Shown here in pieces: positions 21,520 through 24,927 of a stretch of 24,927 bases of DNA. The notes below the pieces were generated by a model. The model saw nothing but the letters and a program-made list of their open reading frames with translations. It searched no databases and was not told the DNA's origin. The stretch is from the NCBI GenBank assembly GCA_964461275.1, contig CAYWTU010000002.1, positions 1 through 24,927 on the forward strand, in the 5' to 3' direction. How positions within the stretch are numbered: position 1 is the stretch's first letter; the number at the start of each line of letters is the position of its first letter. The translations under genes and the position numbers were made by a program. Origin of the DNA: an uncultured Pirellulales bacterium (GTDB lineage: Bacteria; Planctomycetota; Planctomycetia; Pirellulales; CAYNRE01).

Positions 21520-22908
21520 CTACGGGGACTGTTCGGCCTGCTCTTCAAAGTCAGGCGTCGCGTCGTCCCCTTCCGCTTCCACTGCCAGGCCCAGGTGCAC
21601 CATCCGGCGATAGAGCCGCGGCCGCGATAGTCCCAACGCTCGGGCCGCCTTGGCGCGATTGCCGCGAGCCTTGGTCAACGCCTCTTCGATCAGCGCCCGT
21701 TCGGTTTGCGCTAATGTTTCGACCAGCGAAATGCGCATCGGTTGTGGAGGTCGATGCGTTGCCGCTTGCCGGGCCAACTCGAGTTCCGCTGGCAGATCGC
21801 GCCCTGTGACGTAATGTCCCTCGGCCCGTTGGCAGGCGCCGTGCAACACGCCTTGGAGTTCGGCTACGTCGCCCTGCCATGGGTGCAATGCCAGCCGTTC
21901 CAGCGCTTCGGGCGTGATGCCCGCCAATTGCTTGTCGCCAGCCGCGTTGATGTCTTCGATCAGCGCTTGCACGACCTGCGGCAGGTCGATCAGCCGCTGG
22001 GACAGCGGCGTCAGTTCGATGGGAATCACGCTCAACCGCTGCGCCAGCTCCGCGTCGAACTCGCCACGCGCCGCCATCGCGGTTAGCGGTTGACCGGACG
22101 TTGCGAGTAGGCGCACGCCCGCAGGCGACTGCCACGTGCGTAGATCTCGCTGGGTCACCGGGGAAAGTCGGTCGACGTCGCACACCAACAAGCCGCCGCC
22201 GGTGCGCGCCGCGCGTGCTGCGGCCGCGCGCACATCTTCCGCCGTGGCCGCGACGCTATCGACAGTTATCAGGGTGGACGAGTCGGGTGATGTATCGCCC
22301 GCGGCGATACACCGGGCTACCGACTCGCGCCCGCTGCCCGGCGGCCCCCAAACTAAGACGTTGGCCGATGTCGCCTGTCGCGCAGCCTGCACTTGCTGGC
22401 ATACCCTTTGCGCGGAGGCGCTGGAACCGGCCAGCCGGGCCAAGTCAAATCGACTCCGTAGCCGAGCCCGCCATGACCAGATCGCGGCGTGCAATTGATC
22501 GGAATCGACGACGGGCGAGTCGTCGAGTGCTGCGGCGGGCTTCTCGTCGCCCACCGCCACCAGCAAGCCTCGCCCGATCGCGCCCAGCGAAAGCGTTACG
22601 AATTGGGCAAGGCGCTGCCGCACAATCCCTTGCTCGTCGATCCAGGTCAAATTCCCGGCGGCGATTTGACCGTCGAACGCCTCGGGGGGTGGGCATAGGG
22701 CGGCCGACCAATCGGTGGCGCCCTCCGGTGTCGGTCGGCTGTGGTAGCTGCACCGCAGCGTCAGCAGCCGGTCGAGTTCCCACCCGGTCCACAAGCACAC
22801 GGCGGCGTTGGCCGCGATCAGCCATTGTTCCTCGTCCAGCAGATACAGCGGGCGGTCGGCCGACTCTAGGCGGCGGGCAAAGGCGGATGGCCGGGAACGC
22901 TTCGGCAT
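21520..22908 (-). CDS. PAS + degenerate sigma54-interaction (AAA+) + Fis-HTH transcriptional regulator
   Basis: N-terminal PAS-like region (PLYLLDEEQWLIAANAA), GSSASAQRVCQQV, VLVWGPPGSGRESVAR, VRLLATS, LAQRLSVIPIELTPLSQR, HPWQGDVAEL and C-terminal GNRAKAARALGLSRPRLYRRM. Confidence 0.85.
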   Translation of the reverse strand: MPKRSRPSAFARRLESADRPLYLLDEEQWLIAANAAVCLWTGWELDRLLTLRCSYHSRPTPEGATDWSAALCPPPEAFDGQIAAGNLTWIDEQGIVRQRLAQFVTLSLGAIGRGLLVAVGDEKPAAALDDSPVVDSDQLHAAIWSWRARLRSRFDLARLAGSSASAQRVCQQVQAARQATSANVLVWGPPGSGRESVARCIAAGDTSPDSSTLITVDSVAATAEDVRAAAARAARTGGGLLVCDVDRLSPVTQRDLRTWQSPAGVRLLATSGQPLTAMAARGEFDAELAQRLSVIPIELTPLSQRLIDLPQVVQALIEDINAAGDKQLAGITPEALERLALHPWQGDVAELQGVLHGACQRAEGHYVTGRDLPAELELARQAATHRPPQPMRISLVETLAQTERALIEEALTKARGNRAKAARALGLSRPRLYRRMVHLGLAVEAEGDDATPDFEEQAEQSP

Positions 22909-22961
22909 CGGTGGGTTCGCGAGGCGAGAAAGACAAAAAAATTGGTTAACTTTTCGGCGCT

Positions 22962-22979
22962 ATGTCAGCCGTATGTCAC
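22962..22979 (+). promoter_or_regulatory. Pho-box-like (OmpR/PhoB-type) 7-4-7 direct repeat
   Basis: ATGTCAG-CCGT-ATGTCAC (11-bp period), followed after 10 nt by CATAAG (22990-22995). Confidence 0.35.
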
Positions 22980-23062
22980 ACCTACCGACCATAAGTATAC
23001 AAGCATACCACCGGGCCGGACCGGTGCGACGAAATGCCGAATGGCGCTATTGCCGGTCGGCT

Positions 23063-23085
23063 GGGTACTGGGTCTGGGTACTGGG
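23063..23085 (+). other. G-quadruplex-forming motif within a 13-bp tandem repeat
   Basis: GGG-TACT-GGG-TCT-GGG-TACT-GGG; CTGGGTACTGGG occurs at 23061-23072 and 23074-23085. Confidence 0.45.
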
Positions 23086-23102
23086 CACGGCGTTGGGGGA
23101 GC

Positions 23103-23462
23103 GTCGCCATCCACACCAGGAGGCGACTTTTCCCCGGGGCAGGCCGCGCTGTGCATAGAAACGACCGAAGAACCACTTCCGCGGATTGGGTTCCCGTCGC
23201 TGGGCCTCTGGTACGGCATGGGTGCAGGGGAGGAAAACCAGGAACTGGTAATCTTCGGTCGTCCCTTACCTGGTTGGTTCTCGGCGCAACAGCGCGTTGA
23301 ACAACGCGTCGGCGGTAGCCGACCAATGTGGGCGAAAAACAGGCGGCGGTGAAGTTTCCCTGAACGAGCTCAACCGGCCTTCGGGGTCGCCCAACTCACC
23401 GCCGCCTAGTTTTCCGACTTCCGGCTGAGTTGGCGGGTAACAAGTCGTTGCGATGAAACGAC
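23103..23462 (+). ncRNA. Candidate structured non-coding RNA or leader (multiple long hairpins); family not recognised
   Basis: Hairpins at 23103-23127, 23161-23262 (11-bp perfect outer stem), 23293-23308, 23307-23435 (12-bp perfect core, G-U pairs, internal cUUCGg) and 23444-23462. Strand inferred from the G-U pairs and UUCG loop. Confidence 0.3.
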
Positions 23463-23635
23463 GTCTGGCATCGCCGCAACAGCGCACTACATTCCGCAGG
23501 GGTGAATTCCGCGGGGATGACCGATCCGTTGCCGAACCTTGGCGGTACGCAATTGCCGACACGTCCGCGAGACAGTCGCTGTTCATGCTCGGCAGCAGCC
23601 GTCCGCCCGGCAATCGTCCCCTGCCGCCTCGAACT

Positions 23636-23665
23636 AAAAAATCACGCGTGGCGGTCCACGCCGTG
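23636..23665 (-). terminator. Intrinsic terminator downstream of tRNA-Lys
   Basis: Minus strand CAC-G-GCGTGG-ACCG-CCACGC-GTG-A-TTTTTT, starting 5 nt after the tRNA 3' end. Confidence 0.65.
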
Positions 23666-23670
23666 CGAAG

Positions 23671-23743
<73 letters not shown>

Positions 23744-24116
23744 GCAGGAGCAAGAATCGCCCGCAGCAACCGCGATCCTGCGTCACGCGGCGAAAGCGTC
23801 GGCGCCGTTGCTCTATTGCCATGCGCATTCGACTGCCAAGCACACTCGTCTTCGTCCGCCACGGTGCCGTGCGGAGGAAAGCGATCCAGCGTCATCCCAA
23901 GCTACCATACCCAGCTACGACTCGAAAGGGTCGTGACCTGGCGCGGCATCGCTGGCGGCGCCGAGAAAACGTGCGTCGTGCCATGAACATTGAGCCGGTC
24001 GCCAGGGACAAGCAGTCAAGCGTCGGTCCCCATTAGCCCTGCAGGTGAATGTCCTACGACAGGTGGGAGTCGCGCCCGAGCGGACAGGTTCGCGCGGGCG
24101 GCAGTAGCCGCGCTGG

Positions 24117-24927
24117 CTATACCCGAAGGAAAATGCCGCGGCGGTACATCCAATAGCACACCAACCAAACGGCAGCCACTCCGCATAGCGAGGCCGATAC
24201 GCCGCCCCACGGACCGTCGAACGCCTGCTGGCCCAGATGCGTCTTGAGCGTGCTGACGACCCACGGCCGGAACAGCCACGACAGTACATAGGCGGCAATG
24301 GAGTTCATACCGACCACTACAAGTGGGAACGCCGCGCGCCGCAAACCGGCGCCGTCCACCAACGTCACAAACGCCGCCAGCGACCACAACGTCCAGCCCG
24401 TGCTGAACACGGCCCAACTCGGGGTCCAAATCCGCTTCACGATCGGCGCCGCCGACCACGTCCAATTGACACCCGGCCAGATGTGTCCATCGACCGCCAG
24501 TCCAAACGCCAGGCAACCCGCGCCGCAGAGCATAAGCCGCGTGACTTTTCGTCCTAGCGGCGCGGTCCCACGCAGGTACGCGCCGGTCATGACGCCGAAG
24601 ATCGTTGTCACCATCGAGGGGATGAAGTTCAAGGTTTGGTAGCCGCCGCCGTTGGCGTAAAACGTCTCCGCTCGGGGAAACAGATTGAGAAACCAGCGGT
24701 CGAAATAGCCGGCCGGGTTGGTGTGTTTGTTCCAATGGGCGGCGAAGCCTTGGAACTGCGACCAATCGGCGGGGATGTTTTGCGTCGCGGCGTCAAAATC
24801 CGCCGCGGGCAACGGCCACAGCGCAAACAGCAGCCAATAGCCCGCGGCAATCAGCGCGGCGGCGATGGCTTGTACCCTCCAGCCGTAACCCAAGAGCAAG
24901 AACACGAACACATAGCCCAGCCCGAGT
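24117..24927 (-). CDS. HGSNAT/NagX-like (DUF5009) acyltransferase-family membrane protein, 5' part outside the window
   Basis: LGLGYVFVFLL at the window edge, HWNKHTNPAGYFD, GGYQTLNFIPS, PIVKRIWTPSWAVFSTGW, FPLVVVGMNSIAAY and C-terminal WMYRRGIFLRV. Confidence 0.85.
   Translation of the reverse strand, partial: LGLGYVFVFLLLGYGWRVQAIAAALIAAGYWLLFALWPLPAADFDAATQNIPADWSQFQGFAAHWNKHTNPAGYFDRWFLNLFPRAETFYANGGGYQTLNFIPSMVTTIFGVMTGAYLRGTAPLGRKVTRLMLCGAGCLAFGLAVDGHIWPGVNWTWSAAPIVKRIWTPSWAVFSTGWTLWSLAAFVTLVDGAGLRRAAFPLVVVGMNSIAAYVLSWLFRPWVVSTLKTHLGQQAFDGPWGGVSASLCGVAAVWLVCYWMYRRGIFLRV

Noticed and set aside
23084-23098. Possible sigma54 -24/-12 promoter (GGCACGGCGTTGGG)
   Set aside because: The essential -12 GC is missing (TGGG instead of TTGC).
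23103-23520. Identity of the structured region as RNase P RNA, tmRNA, SRP RNA, cobalamin riboswitch or group II intron
   Set aside because: The hallmark motifs are absent on both strands: GAGGAAAGUCC, tRNA-like ends with CCA, the SRP GGAA/AGCAG loop, the full B12 box and domain V.
22942-23613. ORFs 22942-23352 (+), 22982-23326 (-), 23034-23300 (+) and 23266-23613 (-)
   Set aside because: Mutually overlapping, with no SD-start pairing and no domain-like composition. The AGGAGG at 23118-23123 has no start codon at usable spacing.

Overview
GC-rich bacterial chromosomal window, very probably from a planctomycete. The evidence is an RRxLxxExLExRxLL 'planctomycete extracellular' N-terminal motif and the gene families present. 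From left to right it holds a membrane-anchored CBM4/9-like protein, a GT-C (PMT/ArnT-like) glycosyltransferase, a membrane-anchored 51-aa-repeat protein, a LysR regulator, an N,N-dimethylformamidase large-subunit-like protein, and apbE divergent from a cytochrome c'-like protein. These are followed by a divergent ClpP-like protein, two exported hypotheticals plus DUF1326, a secreted ATPase-less Lon/S16 protease and a 2346-aa multidomain surface protein. The right end has a degenerate sigma54-activator-like regulator, tRNA-Lys(UUU) and a partial HGSNAT/DUF5009-type membrane protein. No integrase, transposase or CRISPR array was found. The best leads are: (1) a candidate ~110-nt sRNA divergent from the LysR gene, as in OxyR/OxyS or GcvA/GcvB; (2) the giant protein, which carries a motif-complete NPP/phosphodiesterase domain, nested domain insertions and six CPxCGxxxCxC repeats (24 Cys) flanking a dockerin; (3) a multi-hairpin non-coding region between the regulator and tRNA-Lys, preceded by a pho-box-like direct repeat; and (4) several AAA+-system components that have lost or lack their ATPase or catalytic parts. 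All calls come from manual reading; no database searches or folding programs were run.
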